A stretch of DNA of 64,000 bases from an uncultured delta proteobacterium (GCA_963848295.1 CAWKDB010000002.1:800001-864000); one strand, 5' to 3'; counted from the stretch's first letter, positions 9,712 through 21,940 are shown. Numbers and translations are program-made. Notes: generated by a model not told the origin, from the sequence alone.

Positions 9712-11810
9712 TTGAGCCCTTGCCGCGACGCGAGCTCGCTGAGGTCGGTGTGGCTCGGCGTGTTCGTGACGTCGCCGGCGGGCGGTGGCGACACCGCGGA
9801 AAACTCGCCGGTCGCCGAATCGTCGCCGGCGGTCTCGGGCTTGGCCAGCGGCTCTTGCTCGGAGGTCGCGCGATCGAGATCGAGCATCTTCGCGCTACCG
9901 ACGTAATCGGTCGTTTCGTATTTCGTGATCTTGCCGATCTTCTTGACGATGCTGGCCATCCGCTCGGCTTCGGACAAGATCACCCGGACCGCGCGCATGT
10001 GAGCCGCGTCGGCCGCGCTCTGGCGCACGATCAGTTGACCGTACGCCATCACCGCGGTCAGCGGTTGGTTGAGCTCGTGCGCCGCAGCGCCCGCGAGCTC
10101 GGCGACGAGCGCCTGCTTCTCCGACAGCTGGAGCTTTTGCTGCGCATCGAGCAAGCGTTGCTCCATGCGAATCCGCTCGCGCAAGTCGGTCAGGATGCCG
10201 ACGGTCGCGACCTCGCGCTCGCCCTCGTAGATGATCGAGGCGGTCATGCTGACCGGCACGAGGTCGCCGGTCGCGATCTTGACCTCGCGGCGGATCTGCT
10301 CGAGCCGGCCGACGCCACCGTACGACGTCGAGCGCAGCATGCGCATGATCTGGCGACCGCCGCTCGCTTCGTAAAGCTCCCACACCGGCTTCTTGCCGAT
10401 CACGTCGCGAGCGGCTGCCCCGAACAGCCGCTCGGCGCCTTGGTTGAACAGGATGATCAGGCCGCGCATGTCGGCGGCGATGATCGCGTCGACCGTGGAG
10501 TCGATCAGGCGCTCGAGAAATTCCTTCGTCGAGCGCAGCTCTCGTTCGAGCGCGCGCTCGGCGGTGACGTCGCGAAACGCTAGGATCACTGCACCGGTGC
10601 CGGCGAGCACGGTCGACGTCGAAGCCGACACCCAGACCGGCGCGCCGGACGTCGTCGACAGCTCGAGATCGAAGCCATCGACGTTGACCCCGGCGAGCAC
10701 GCGCGAGATCGCCTCGATGATCTGCTCGCGCTGCGAGCTCGGCACGAGGTCGACGAGCTCGCTGCCGAGCAGGCCGTCGCGCGCGAACCCGGTGATGCGT
10801 TCGGCCGCGCGGTTGACGAACAGGATCCGCCCGGCGTCGTCGAGCACGACGACACCGTCGGCGCCGGCCTCGAAGTGCTCCTTGAGCGAGTCGATGCCGC
10901 GTAGCCGGCGCTCCGCCTCGTAGCGCGCGCGAGACACCCGATGGGTCTGCTCGCGCAAGCTCTCGAGCACCGCGCCGTGCCGCAGGTGCGCCGCGGTGAT
11001 ACTCGCGATCAACTTACCGAGCTCGACGCCGCGCGGGCCGACATGGCCGACGCCGGGCAACAGCTTGCGCAGCAGGATCGCGCCGAGCGAGCGACCGCGC
11101 CACTGGACCGGGAACACGACGATGCCGCGGACTCGCCGCGACGACAGCAGGTCGGCGACCGACGCGGTGAGGGTGTGGGTGAGCGCGTCGTCGATCAGCA
11201 CCGGCGCACCGCTGCGCATCGCCTCGCTGATCTCGGGATACTGCGCGATCGACAGCGTGAACCGCGACAGCGGCTCGGCATCGCTCGCGGCGACGACGAA
11301 CGCGTGATCCGAGCCTTCGCTGTGCGCGACGAGCGAGGCGCGATCGAAGCCGAGCAGCCCGGCGGTGATCGTCAGCACCGAGACGAGCGCCTCGGCATCA
11401 TCGCCGTTCGCGGTGAGGACATCGTTGATCTTCGCGAGCGCCTGCGCACCGGCACCATCGCGCCGCGCGAGCTTGACGAGGTTGCGACACCGGTTCGCGA
11501 TCACCCCCGACGCGGTCGGCAGCTGCACGACATCGGTCGCTCCGGCCGCGAGTGCCGCGGTCGCGACCGACGACGGGATCGCCGCGACGAGCGCGAGGAT
11601 CGGGGTCTCGGCGAGCGCCGGCAGGTCGCGCGCTTCGCTGATCAGCTGGGCGGCGTCGGCTCCGATCACGACGAGCAGCCCGGGGAGCCCATCGGTCGAG
11701 GACAGGTGGGTCGCCGCGCGCGCCGGCAAGGCGCTCGACATCAGCTGCTCGACCAGCGCGTCGCGCTCGTCTGCGTTGCCACCGAGCACGACGATTGGGG
11801 GCGCGTCCAC
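9708..11810 (-). CDS. Receiver-like/GAF/PAS-PAS protein ending in a HisKA domain, no HATPase
   Basis: Two PAS domains (FVNRAAERITGF; FNQGAERLFG), H-box AAAHELNQPL, then a short acidic tail with no N/G boxes. Confidence 0.85.
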   Translation of the reverse strand: MDAPPIVVLGGNADERDALVEQLMSSALPARAATHLSSTDGLPGLLVVIGADAAQLISEARDLPALAETPILALVAAIPSSVATAALAAGATDVVQLPTASGVIANRCRNLVKLARRDGAGAQALAKINDVLTANGDDAEALVSVLTITAGLLGFDRASLVAHSEGSDHAFVVAASDAEPLSRFTLSIAQYPEISEAMRSGAPVLIDDALTHTLTASVADLLSSRRVRGIVVFPVQWRGRSLGAILLRKLLPGVGHVGPRGVELGKLIASITAAHLRHGAVLESLREQTHRVSRARYEAERRLRGIDSLKEHFEAGADGVVVLDDAGRILFVNRAAERITGFARDGLLGSELVDLVPSSQREQIIEAISRVLAGVNVDGFDLELSTTSGAPVWVSASTSTVLAGTGAVILAFRDVTAERALERELRSTKEFLERLIDSTVDAIIAADMRGLIILFNQGAERLFGAAARDVIGKKPVWELYEASGGRQIMRMLRSTSYGGVGRLEQIRREVKIATGDLVPVSMTASIIYEGEREVATVGILTDLRERIRMEQRLLDAQQKLQLSEKQALVAELAGAAAHELNQPLTAVMAYGQLIVRQSAADAAHMRAVRVILSEAERMASIVKKIGKITKYETTDYVGSAKMLDLDRATSEQEPLAKPETAGDDSATGEFSAVSPPPAGDVTNTPSHTDLSELASRQGLK

Positions 11811-11836
11811 GTCGCGGAATTATAGCGGGCTTTGTG

Positions 11837-13107
<1,271 letters not shown>

Positions 13108-13111
<4 letters not shown>

Positions 13112-13866
13112 CGCCGCACCGCCAGCCGCGCGATCTTCACGGCGGCCACGGCGGCACCGACGCCATTGTCGATGTTGACGACGGTGATCCCCGGCGCGCA
13201 TGACGACAGCAGCGAGCCGAGCGCCACCAAGCCGTCGATCGAAACGCCATAGCCGACGCTCGTCGGCACCGCGATCATCGGCCGATCGACGAGCCCGCCG
13301 AGCACCGACGGCAACGCCGCCTCCATTCCGGCGATCGCGATGACGACCTCGGCGCTCGCGATGTCCGGCAACCGGACGAGCAGCCGATGCAGCCCGGCGA
13401 CCCCGACGTCGTAGATCCGTGCCACGGGCGCGCCGAGGAACTCGCAGACCAGGGCCGCCTCTTCCGCGACCGAAACGTCGCTCGTCCCGGCGCACACGAT
13501 CGCGATCTGTCCGGCGGCCGGACGAGCCGGGGCTGGGCCGAGCGTGGCGATCCGGGCGACCTCGTGATAGCGAAGCTCGGGCACGAGCTCGCCCAGCCGC
13601 AGCGCCTTGCCCGGATCGACCCGGGTCGCGATCGCACCTCCACTCTTCGCCAGCTCGCGCATCGCCGCGGCGATCTGCTCGGCGGTCTTGCCCGCGCCGA
13701 ACACGAGCTCGGGCACGCCGGTGCGCAGCTCGCGGTGGTGATCGATCACCGCGTCGCGAATCGCCGCGGCATCCGGTAGCTCACCGAGTTGCTTCGCCGC
13801 GTCGGCAGGCGCGAGCACGCCGGTCCGGACGTCGTCGAGCAGGCGCAGCAACCGCGTGCGATCCAC
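13108..13866 (-). CDS. larB: Nickel pincer cofactor biosynthesis protein LarB
   Basis: [74 protein letters not shown]. Confidence 0.95.
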
Positions 13867-13908
13867 GAGCTACTCCTAGCACGCCCGCTCCTCGGTCGGC
13901 ATGCGTTG

Positions 13909-15162
13909 CTAAGCCTTCTTGCGCCGCGTGATCCGCACCGCTTCGATCGCGCGGTCATTCGCCGCGACGACCTCGATCGAGACCACGCCGAGCGTCAGGC
14001 TCTCGCCGCGATCCGGAATGCGCCGGAACCGCTCGATCAACAGCCCCGCGATCGTCTCGTAGTCGTCGCTCTCGGGCAGCCCGAGCTCGAGCTCGGAGTT
14101 GAGCCGCGACACCGTCGTGCGCGCCGCGATCAACCAGACGCCGGGTTTCTCGGCTTTGATCGGCGAGGGCTCGTGGTCGTACTCGTCATCGATCTCGCCG
14201 ACGATGATCTCGAGCATGTCCTCGATCGTCACGATCCCGACGGCACCGCCGTACTCGTCGACGACGATCGCGAGGTGTTGCTGCTCGGTCTGGAGCTGGA
14301 CGAGCAGATCCGACGCCTTCATCGTCTCGGGCACGTACAGCGGCGGGTGCGCGAGCATGGCGAGCGTCTCCTCGAGCGCGGGCTTCGCAGCGCTCGCCGC
14401 CTGCAGGATGTCGAAGACATGAACGACGCCGACGATGTCGTCGATCCGCGAGCGATAGATCGGCATGCGCGAGTGTTGCTTGTCGGCGACCTCGTGCGCC
14501 GCCTCGCTCACCGGCGCATCCTCGGGCAACGCGGTGACCTCCGACAGCGGCACCATCAGGTCGCCGACCCGGTACTCGGACAGCTCGAAGACGTTCGCGA
14601 TCATCTCGCGCTCGTCCGCGCTGATCTCCGGCTTGTCGCCGTGCGGCTCGCTCTCGATCAGCAGCGCGAGCTCCTCGCGCGTCACGAACGCCTTGCCGCG
14701 ATCCGTGCGGGTGACGCGGGTCAGCGCCGATGCATAGCCACCGACGACCGCGACCAGCGGGCGCAATACGAACGATGCGAGCCGCAGCGGCGCCGCGATC
14801 AGGTCGATCATCCGATCGGCATGGGCACCGACGACCGCTTTCGGCACGAGGTTGCCGATCACCACGAGCGGCGGCACGACGACGAGGGGCGCCCACAGCG
14901 GCGACTCGCCGCGGCGCGCGAGCTCGACCGCGAACACGAGCGTTGCGATCAGCGTCGTGAGGTTCGCCCCGATCAGCGTCGTGGCGAGCGAGATCTGCGG
15001 TTGGGCTAACATCGTTTCGGCACGCCCCGCGGCGACACCACCGGCGGCAGCCCGCGCACGCAGCGCCTTGCGATCGCACGCCGACAACGCGACCTCGGCC
15101 GCGACGAAGAACGCTTGCGCCATCGCGCAACCGATCAGCACGACGACGAGCGTCGAGGTCAA
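13909..15162 (-). CDS. CNNM/hemolysin family protein (DUF21-CBS-CorC)
   Basis: [12 protein letters not shown] pair ([28 protein letters not shown]), DYETIAG CorC domain. Confidence 0.92.
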   Translation of the reverse strand: MTSTLVVVLIGCAMAQAFFVAAEVALSACDRKALRARAAAGGVAAGRAETMLAQPQISLATTLIGANLTTLIATLVFAVELARRGESPLWAPLVVVPPLVVIGNLVPKAVVGAHADRMIDLIAAPLRLASFVLRPLVAVVGGYASALTRVTRTDRGKAFVTREELALLIESEPHGDKPEISADEREMIANVFELSEYRVGDLMVPLSEVTALPEDAPVSEAAHEVADKQHSRMPIYRSRIDDIVGVVHVFDILQAASAAKPALEETLAMLAHPPLYVPETMKASDLLVQLQTEQQHLAIVVDEYGGAVGIVTIEDMLEIIVGEIDDEYDHEPSPIKAEKPGVWLIAARTTVSRLNSELELGLPESDDYETIAGLLIERFRRIPDRGESLTLGVVSIEVVAANDRAIEAVRITRRKKA

Positions 15163-16328
15163 TTCTTGTCTCCAGAGCGGACGAGCTCCTCGACATCGGC
15201 GGCAGGCGGGGTGACCTCGTCGGTCGGGTGGATCGGCTGCACCGGCCCACTGCGCAGGTCGGCTTGCGAGATCGGCACGCCCGGCGCAGGCGTCCGCGCC
15301 CGGATGCGCAGGTTCGGCATCGACGCCTGCAGGTCGGTGCGCTCGTCGCGCAACACGCCGAAGATCTGGGCGAGCAAGTCATCCATCGTGACGAGGCCGA
15401 GCACCTTGCCGTACTCGCTGACACGACGATCGCCATGTGCACTTTCTTCTGTTTGAACGTGAGGAACAGCCGCTTGATCGGTGTCGTCCTCGGCACGAAC
15501 AGCGGCTCGTGCAACAGCTCGACGAGCGGCTTGCCGACGCCGACGCACGAGATCCTTCGCGTTGACCGTGCCGCGAATGTTGTCGAGCGACTTTTGATAG
15601 ATCGGCACCCGCGAGAACCCGCGCGTCGCGATCTCTTTGACCAGACGTTGCATCGGCAGGTCGTACGACAGCGCGAAGATCCGATCGCGGGGCGTCATCA
15701 CCTGGCCGACGTTCTTGTCGGAGAACTCGAACACGCGGTGGATCAGCCGCCGTTCGCGTGCGTCCACCTGACCCTGCGCCGAGCCGGCATCGACCAGCTT
15801 GCGAAACTCCTCCTCGGACAGATCGCGCGTCGGCCGAGGGCGAACCGCATCGCCGAGCGGACGCAGTAGCACCGCCGCGATCGTCTGGATCACGATCCGC
15901 ACCGGCGCGACGACGATCCCGAACGCGGCGAGCGGATACGCACATGCCCGTGCCCAGCCGAGCGGCGCCTTCGCGGCGAGCGTCTTCATCGTGACCTCGG
16001 TGACGAGCACGACGAGCGCGAGCGCGCCCGCGAGCACGACGCCGGCGAGCGCCCACGCCGACTCCGTTGGCCACAGCTCGCGCGCCGCGGCGAACGCGAC
16101 GACCGCGACGACTCCGTTGAGCGCCTCGTTGCCGATCAGCACGGTCGTGGTCAACCGGCGCGGGCTGCCGAGCATCGCCGTGATCCGGCGATCGACCCCG
16201 CGCGCGCTGCGCGCGAGGTGTTCGCGATCGACCCGACGAAGCGAGAACAGCGCGACCTCGGTACCCGAGCAAAACCCCGACACCACGACGCAGGCGAGCG
16301 CGATCGGAATCGCGACGGCGAGCTCCAT
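15159..16328 (-). CDS. CNNM/hemolysin family protein with two compensating frameshifts (~15545 and ~15420)
   Basis: [14 protein letters not shown] and FSRVPIY in frame. The CBS segment [31 protein letters not shown] lies in another frame, then the original frame resumes at [16 protein letters not shown]. Confidence 0.85.
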   Translation of the reverse strand: MELAVAIPIALACVVVSGFCSGTEVALFSLRRVDREHLARSARGVDRRITAMLGSPRRLTTTVLIGNEALNGVVAVVAFAAARELWPTESAWALAGVVLAGALALVVLVTEVTMKTLAAKAPLGWARACAYPLAAFGIVVAPVRIVIQTIAAVLLRPLGDAVRPRPTRDLSEEEFRKLVDAGSAQGQVDARERRLIHRVFEFSDKNVGQVMTPRDRIFALSYDLPMQRLVKEIATRGFSRVPIYQKSLDNIRGTVNAKDLVRRRRQAARRAVARAAVRAEDDTDQAAVPHVQTEESAHGDRRVSEYGKVLGLVTMDDLLAQIFGVLRDERTDLQASMPNLRIRARTPAPGVPISQADLRSGPVQPIHPTDEVTPPAADVEELVRSGDKN

Positions 16329-16331
16329 GCG

Positions 16332-17456
16332 CTAGCCGGCCTCGTGCGGCATCGGGAACGTCGCGGTGAACACCGAGCCCTGGCCCGGCGTCGTGTCGAC
16401 CCAGATCCGCCCACCGTGCGCTTCGACGTACGCCTTCGCGAGCGTGAGCCCCAACCCGGTGCCGCCAAAGGCACGCGTCGACGACGAGTCGACCTGGAAG
16501 AACGGCTCGAAGATCTTCGCGACTTGATCGCGCGAGATGCCGATGCCGGAGTCGCTGACCACGAGCTGGATCGCGCGCTCGGTCGTGATCTCGGCGACCT
16601 CGCCCGGTGCGAGCGGGCCGCGCCGCACGGCGACCCCGACGCGCCCGCGATCGGGCGTGAACTTCACCGCGTTCGACAGCAGGCTCGACACGACCTGCCG
16701 GATCTTCTTGCGGTCTCCGACGACGAACGTGTCGCCGTTCGCGTCGAGTTGGATCGCGATGCCGCGCTTGCCGGCCTGCGGCGTGAACGTCGCGATCTCG
16801 CTCGCGACGATCTCGGCCAGCGACAACGCGCTGCGCTCGAGTGCGAGCTCGCCCGACTCGAGCGACCCGACGTCGAGCACGGCGGTGATCAGCTGGAGCA
16901 GCTGCTCGGCCTTCGACAGGATCGTCGTCAGGTACTCGCGCTGCTCGATCGTGACCGGGCCGGCGATACCCTCCGACATCATCTCGGCGTAGCCGATCAC
17001 CGAGGTCAGCGGCGTGCGCAGCTCGTGCGACATCGTCGCGAGGAAGTTCGACTTCAGCCGATCGAGCTCTTCCATCCGAGCGACCGCGCGCTGCAGCCGC
17101 ATGTTGTGCTCGGTCAGCTCGCCGAAGGTCGCGCGCATCGCGGACTCGTGGGTCGCCGCCGCGAGCGCACGCGCATTCGCGTGGTGGACGATCAGGCCGA
17201 GCGAGTCGGCGAGCAGATCGAGCGCGGCGTCCGCGGCGGGTCCGGTCGCGGCGAGCTGGGCGAGCGGCTCGCCATCGTGATCGAGGTGACGGCGCGGGGG
17301 ACCGGCCTGCGCGCTGCCCGCGACCCGGCGGCCCGCGACGTAGATCGCGAGCTCGCCGCCGAGCGCTCGCTGGATCGCGGCGATCAGCTCGTCGAGCTCA
17401 CCCGGCGGCACCAGGCGAGCGAGCTCGACTGGCGCATCGAGCGGGCCCGTGGTCAC
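16332..17456 (-). CDS. Cytoplasmic histidine kinase
   Basis: KSNFLATMSHELRTPL, NAVKFT, DSGIG, GGTGLGL. Confidence 0.93.
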   Translation of the reverse strand: MTTGPLDAPVELARLVPPGELDELIAAIQRALGGELAIYVAGRRVAGSAQAGPPRRHLDHDGEPLAQLAATGPAADAALDLLADSLGLIVHHANARALAAATHESAMRATFGELTEHNMRLQRAVARMEELDRLKSNFLATMSHELRTPLTSVIGYAEMMSEGIAGPVTIEQREYLTTILSKAEQLLQLITAVLDVGSLESGELALERSALSLAEIVASEIATFTPQAGKRGIAIQLDANGDTFVVGDRKKIRQVVSSLLSNAVKFTPDRGRVGVAVRRGPLAPGEVAEITTERAIQLVVSDSGIGISRDQVAKIFEPFFQVDSSSTRAFGGTGLGLTLAKAYVEAHGGRIWVDTTPGQGSVFTATFPMPHEAG

Positions 17457-17468
17457 CCCGTTATTCTA

Positions 17469-18119
17469 TCACCCCGCCGCCCCGACGTGCTCGGCCAGGG
17501 CTCGGCGGAACGCCGCACTGTCCACCCCGAGCTTTTCGACGAGTCGCAGGTCGCGATCGAGGTGATCCCACGCGTTTGCGACGAGCTCGAAGAAGGTGGG
17601 CAGCACGCCGGTCCCGTTCGTCGCGGTGGCTTCCACGACCGCGCGGGCCGGGTCGCCGAACCGATCGACCGCGGCCAACGGCACGCGATCGGGTAAGTCG
17701 CGCTTGTTGTACTGGACGACGACCGGAATCGCGTCGAGCTGGTTCGCGTGCAGGTTCGCGACGAGGTTCGCCCACGCCATGCTGTTCGCCTCGACCTGGC
17801 TCGGGCTCGAGTCGGCGACGAACACGACGCCGTCGCTGCCGGCGAGCACGAGCTTGCGGGTGTGCTCGTGCGCCGGCTGGCCGGGCACGGTGTAGACCTT
17901 GATCCGGAACGAGAAGTTCGACGTCCGAAAGAAGATCGGGAACAGATCGAAGAACAACGTGCGATCGTCGCGCGTGTCCAGCGTCATCAGCCGGCCGCGG
18001 TTGAGGCGATCGACCATCGTGTGCAACGCGCGCAGGTTGCTGGTCTTGCCCGACAGCGGCGGCCCGTAATAGACGAGCTTGAGCGTCAGCTGGCGCTCGG
18101 CGAAGTCGACTAGGGCCAC
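17469..18119 (-). CDS. MglA-family small GTPase (no adjacent mglB)
   Basis: KLVYYGPPLSGKTSN, DRTLFFD, YTVPGQ, DGVVFVADS, QYNKRD. Confidence 0.9.
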   Translation of the reverse strand: MALVDFAERQLTLKLVYYGPPLSGKTSNLRALHTMVDRLNRGRLMTLDTRDDRTLFFDLFPIFFRTSNFSFRIKVYTVPGQPAHEHTRKLVLAGSDGVVFVADSSPSQVEANSMAWANLVANLHANQLDAIPVVVQYNKRDLPDRVPLAAVDRFGDPARAVVEATATNGTGVLPTFFELVANAWDHLDRDLRLVEKLGVDSAAFRRALAEHVGAAG

Positions 18120-18132
18120 ACGAAAGGGTAGC

Positions 18133-18510
18133 TCAGCGCGGCTCGGTTGTGGGGGCCGGCGTCGCCGCGGCAGTCTGGCGTTGCGCGAGCATGTACAGCA
18201 GGCCGATCACCGCGGCTAGCGCGAGCACGACCAGCACCGCGAGCTGATAGCGCGGGCTGGTCTTCTCGGGCAGCTGGGTCGCGGTCGCGCGCATCGTGGC
18301 CTCGGCGGCGCGTACGATCTTCGCGAGTTGCCGGTCAGCGATCGGATCGCCCTTGCGCTCGCTATAGACGCGCGCCGCCCACGCGTAACTGCCAGTGCGG
18401 GCGATATCGGCGAACAGCGCGTCGTGCAGCGCGTCGTCTTGCCAGCCCTCGACCACGCGCGTCCACGCGGCAGCTACCGACGGTGGCGCGTCATGGACCG
18501 ACTCGGTCAC
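18133..18510 (-). CDS. Hypothetical protein with C-terminal TM helix
   Basis: 125 aa, hydrophobic LAVLVVLALAAVIGLLY. Confidence 0.7.
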   Translation of the reverse strand: MTESVHDAPPSVAAAWTRVVEGWQDDALHDALFADIARTGSYAWAARVYSERKGDPIADRQLAKIVRAAEATMRATATQLPEKTSPRYQLAVLVVLALAAVIGLLYMLAQRQTAAATPAPTTEPR

Positions 18511-18517
18511 CGGGGAT

Positions 18518-19423
18518 TTATAGCACCGGCCGCATCGGGACCGGCATCGCGATCAGGATGAAGATCACGAGCACCGCGATCGCGCGGCGGCGGCGCACCG
18601 GGTCGAGTGGCGCGTCGCCGACCGGCGGATGATATTCGCCGGCGTTGCGGCGCATCACCGCGATCAGCACGGCCCACAGCGTCCACGGAATCAGGCCGTA
18701 CTTCGCGTAGCCGAGCGCCTCGGGCACGCTGTAGTCGGCGGCGAGCGCCATCGCGAACATCACACCGCCGACGACGAGCGCGACCACCGGCAGCAGCGCG
18801 TGGAACCGCCCGGACCACTTCTCGTGCGCCTGGCCGAGCACCGCGCGCGCGACGTGGCCGCCATCGAGCTGACCGATCGGCATCAAGTTGATCATCGTGA
18901 CGAGCAGCCCGACCCAGGCCGCGAGCGCCATCGGGTGAAGCTGGACGTCGACACCGTGGCCGGGCAGCCACTGGCCGAACACCGCGTACTTGAGCAGCGC
19001 GTAGAGGATCGAGTTGCCCTCGACATCGCCGTCGATCGGCGACGGTCCGACGTCGGACAGGTACAACCCGATCACGAGCGCCGGGATCGCGACGACGAGC
19101 CCGGCGATCGGGCCCGCGGCACCGACGTCGAACAGCGCGTTGCGATCGTCGATCGGCTTGCGCATCCGGATCACCGCGCCGAGCGTGCCGAGCGAGATCT
19201 GCGGCGGCAGCGGGATGAAGTACGGCAGCGAGACGTCGACCCCGCGCCGGCGGCCGACGAAGTAGTGGCCGAACTCGTGACACACGAGGATCGTCATCAG
19301 CGTCGCCCCGAAGGCGGGGCCGCCGAACCACGTCGTCGTCACGCAGCACGCGGCGAACAACCCGATGTGGATCGCGAGGCCGCGGGTGTCGAATCCGGGG
19401 ACCACGGGCTCGGGCTCTGCCAC
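18518..19423 (-). CDS. Site-2 protease (M50 zinc metalloprotease)
   Basis: HEFGH, LPYFIP, GTLGAVI, AGPIAG, NLMPIGQLDGGH. Confidence 0.95.
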   Translation of the reverse strand: MAEPEPVVPGFDTRGLAIHIGLFAACCVTTTWFGGPAFGATLMTILVCHEFGHYFVGRRRGVDVSLPYFIPLPPQISLGTLGAVIRMRKPIDDRNALFDVGAAGPIAGLVVAIPALVIGLYLSDVGPSPIDGDVEGNSILYALLKYAVFGQWLPGHGVDVQLHPMALAAWVGLLVTMINLMPIGQLDGGHVARAVLGQAHEKWSGRFHALLPVVALVVGGVMFAMALAADYSVPEALGYAKYGLIPWTLWAVLIAVMRRNAGEYHPPVGDAPLDPVRRRRAIAVLVIFILIAMPVPMRPVL

Positions 19424-19445
19424 TTGGAGAGTCTAGCGGACGATT

Positions 19446-19484
19446 CGTGTACGTGTACGAGCACGTGCCACGTGCACGTGCTCG
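19446..19484. repeat. Short degenerate hexamer repeat forming an 11-bp hairpin
   Basis: cgtgta cgtgta cgagca cgtgcc a cgtgca cgtgct cg; CGAGCACGTGC (19458-68) pairs with GCACGTGCTCG (19474-84). Confidence 0.7.
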
Positions 19485-19529
19485 CTCCCAGAAATAGGGA
19501 ATAGGGAAGCTGAAGCGGAACCGAGCACC

Positions 19530-21044
19530 TCAGGGTGCCATGATCAGCTCGTCGCCCTGAACCTCGAGCACGCTCGGCTCGCGCCGGATCTCGCCATCGG
19601 GGGCGATCGTCGCGGGGCCACACGCGCCGTCGTCGAGTCGCGCGTGCGCCAAGCCGGTGCGAAATGCACCGCGCGGATCCGCAGCGCCGGCGACGTCGTG
19701 CCGGACCTGAGCGACCAGGGTCGCGGCATCATAGGCTTCGGCGGCGGCGGCGGTCGGCGCGCGCGACATCCGCTGCGTAAACGCGGCCGAGAAGCTCGAC
19801 GCCTCGTCTCCGCCGAGCTCGCCGGCAAAGCTGTCGACGATCAGCGCACCCTGGACCGCCTGACCTCCGCGGATCGGCAGGCTCGGGTGATGCCAGCCCG
19901 CGCCGCCGACGAGCTGGACGATCTGAGGTACGCGACCGCCGTGCTTGCGGGCGAGCCGCGCCGGGTCGGTGGTCTCGCCGGAGCGCAGCTCGACCCCGAG
20001 GTACGGCAAGAACGCGGCGACCAGGGCCGCGCGATCGTAGCGGTCCGGAATGTAGAGCAGCGAGAACGCGACATCGGGCGAGAACGTCTGCCAGCCGTGC
20101 TTCGGATCTTCGCGCAGGTGCTCGGCGAGCCGGGGATTCGACGCCGGGACGAGCCCGAGGAACTGTTTGACGTCCGGCTCGAGGTCGCCGCCGGTCGGAT
20201 CGTAGGCGCCTCGTGCGGTGACGGCGAGGCCGAGCCGCGTCGCTTCGGCGACGAACGCGCCGGCGGCTTCTTCGCCGGTATCGTCGCGTGGAGCGAGCAC
20301 GCCAACCGTCGGGAAGCCGTCGTCCGCGGCGAGCTTCGCGACCGCGCGGGCCTCGTCGGCTGGCGAATCGACGAGCCGGAACACGCCGCTCGGCGGATCG
20401 GCGCCGTCGGCAGGCGCGAGCAGCGCGATCGGGAGCTGGTGCGCGACCGCGGCGCGCGCTGCCGCGATCGCTTCGCGGGTCCCCGCGGCGCCGAGGATCG
20501 CGACCGCGCCCTTGCCGATCGCGACGTCGACCGCGGCGTAGGCGCCGTCGGGCTCGCCGCGGGTGTCGAGGAACAGCCACCGCGTTCCTTCCGCGGGCGC
20601 GAGCTCGATCGCGGCGCGCAGCTCGCCGCCGATCGCGGCATAGCGTCCGGTCAACGGCAGCAGCACCGCGATCACGGCGGGATCGACCGGCGGCGCCGCG
20701 AGCTCTGCGGTCAGCGCCGCGATCGGAGCTGCCACATCGCCGCGATCGGCCGCAGTCGCCGCGCCGGCGAGCCACGCGCGCGCTTCTGCTTCGTCACCGC
20801 GGTGGTGCGCGAGCCGAGCGAGCCGCAGCGCGAGCCGTGCGGCCGGAGCGCGATCACCGGAGCGCTGCAACGCCGCGACCGCCACCACTTCGGGCAGCGT
20901 GTCGATGCCGGTCGCATCGACGACCGTCGCGAGGTCACCCGGAATCGCCGGCGCGACGTGCCGTTGCGGGACCTCGCGCTCGATCCACGTCGCCTGTGCC
21001 GGGGCGCTGCACGCCGCGAGCGCGACGAGCCAGGCCCGCCTCAT
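19530..21044 (-). CDS. LpoA-like / type-I periplasmic-binding-fold lipoprotein
   Basis: Lipobox LAAC, IAVLLPLTGRYAAIG, LYIPD..DRAALVAAFL, AAEAYDA. Confidence 0.75.
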   Translation of the reverse strand: MRRAWLVALAACSAPAQATWIEREVPQRHVAPAIPGDLATVVDATGIDTLPEVVAVAALQRSGDRAPAARLALRLARLAHHRGDEAEARAWLAGAATAADRGDVAAPIAALTAELAAPPVDPAVIAVLLPLTGRYAAIGGELRAAIELAPAEGTRWLFLDTRGEPDGAYAAVDVAIGKGAVAILGAAGTREAIAAARAAVAHQLPIALLAPADGADPPSGVFRLVDSPADEARAVAKLAADDGFPTVGVLAPRDDTGEEAAGAFVAEATRLGLAVTARGAYDPTGGDLEPDVKQFLGLVPASNPRLAEHLREDPKHGWQTFSPDVAFSLLYIPDRYDRAALVAAFLPYLGVELRSGETTDPARLARKHGGRVPQIVQLVGGAGWHHPSLPIRGGQAVQGALIVDSFAGELGGDEASSFSAAFTQRMSRAPTAAAAEAYDAATLVAQVRHDVAGAADPRGAFRTGLAHARLDDGACGPATIAPDGEIRREPSVLEVQGDELIMAP

Positions 21045-21940
21045 TCGTCGAGCAGCGAGCGCACGCGATCGATCAGGCGCTTCTTCGGCAGCTCGGGCCG
21101 GGTCTCGCCACTGGCGCGCGCGAGCTCCTCGATCAGCTCGCGCTGCTTCGCGGTCAGCTCCGTCGGGACTTCGATCTGGACGTGGACGAGATGATCACCG
21201 CGCGGCGCGTGCTTGCCGGCGGCTTGCGGGATGCCTCGACCGCGCAGCCGGAACACCCGGCCGGGTTGGGTGCCCTCGGGAATGCGCATCTTGACGTCGC
21301 CGTCGAGCGTCGCGACGTCGAGCACGGCGCCGAGCGCCGCTTGCGAGAACGTGATCGAGTGCTCGCTGCGCACGTCGTTGCCCTCGCGGCGGAACCTGGC
21401 GTGCTCGGCGACTCGCACCGCGACGTGGAGATCGCCATTCGCCGCGCCGCCGCGCCCGCGCTCGCCCTCACCCTTGATCATCTTGATCGCGCCCTGGGTC
21501 GTACCCGGCGGGATCACGACCGTGAACTCGCGCATCGCCCCCGCTCGGCCCGCGTTGTCGGGGATATGGATCGACTTGCTCGTGCCGAACGCCGCCTCGT
21601 CGAACGACACTTCGAGCGTGTAGCGGATGTCCGACCCGCGTTGGTTGACCTTGCGACGCCGCAACACGTCGTTGATCATGTCCTGCGCGGCATCGACGAC
21701 CGCGCCGATCCCGCCGCCCTCGTCGGCCTGGCCCCAGCGATCGTAGCGAGCGCGCGCGTCCGCGTCGGACAGCACCGCGTACGCTTCGTTGATCTCGCGG
21801 AACCGCTCGCCCGCGTCGTCGGGGTTGACGTCGGGGTGATGCTTGCGCGCGAGCTCGCGGAACGCGCGCTTGATGTCCGCCTCGGTGCAACTCTTGTCGA
21901 GCCCGAGCACGACGTAATAATCGCGTTTGCGCTTCGCCAT
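21041..21940 (-). CDS. dnaJ: DnaJ-family co-chaperone without zinc finger (class II)
   Basis: RDYYVVLG...HHPD...FREINEAYAVLSD, C-terminal GTQPG..FRLRGRG; no CxxCxGxG repeats. Confidence 0.9.
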   Translation of the reverse strand: MAKRKRDYYVVLGLDKSCTEADIKRAFRELARKHHPDVNPDDAGERFREINEAYAVLSDADARARYDRWGQADEGGGIGAVVDAAQDMINDVLRRRKVNQRGSDIRYTLEVSFDEAAFGTSKSIHIPDNAGRAGAMREFTVVIPPGTTQGAIKMIKGEGERGRGGAANGDLHVAVRVAEHARFRREGNDVRSEHSITFSQAALGAVLDVATLDGDVKMRIPEGTQPGRVFRLRGRGIPQAAGKHAPRGDHLVHVQIEVPTELTAKQRELIEELARASGETRPELPKKRLIDRVRSLLDE

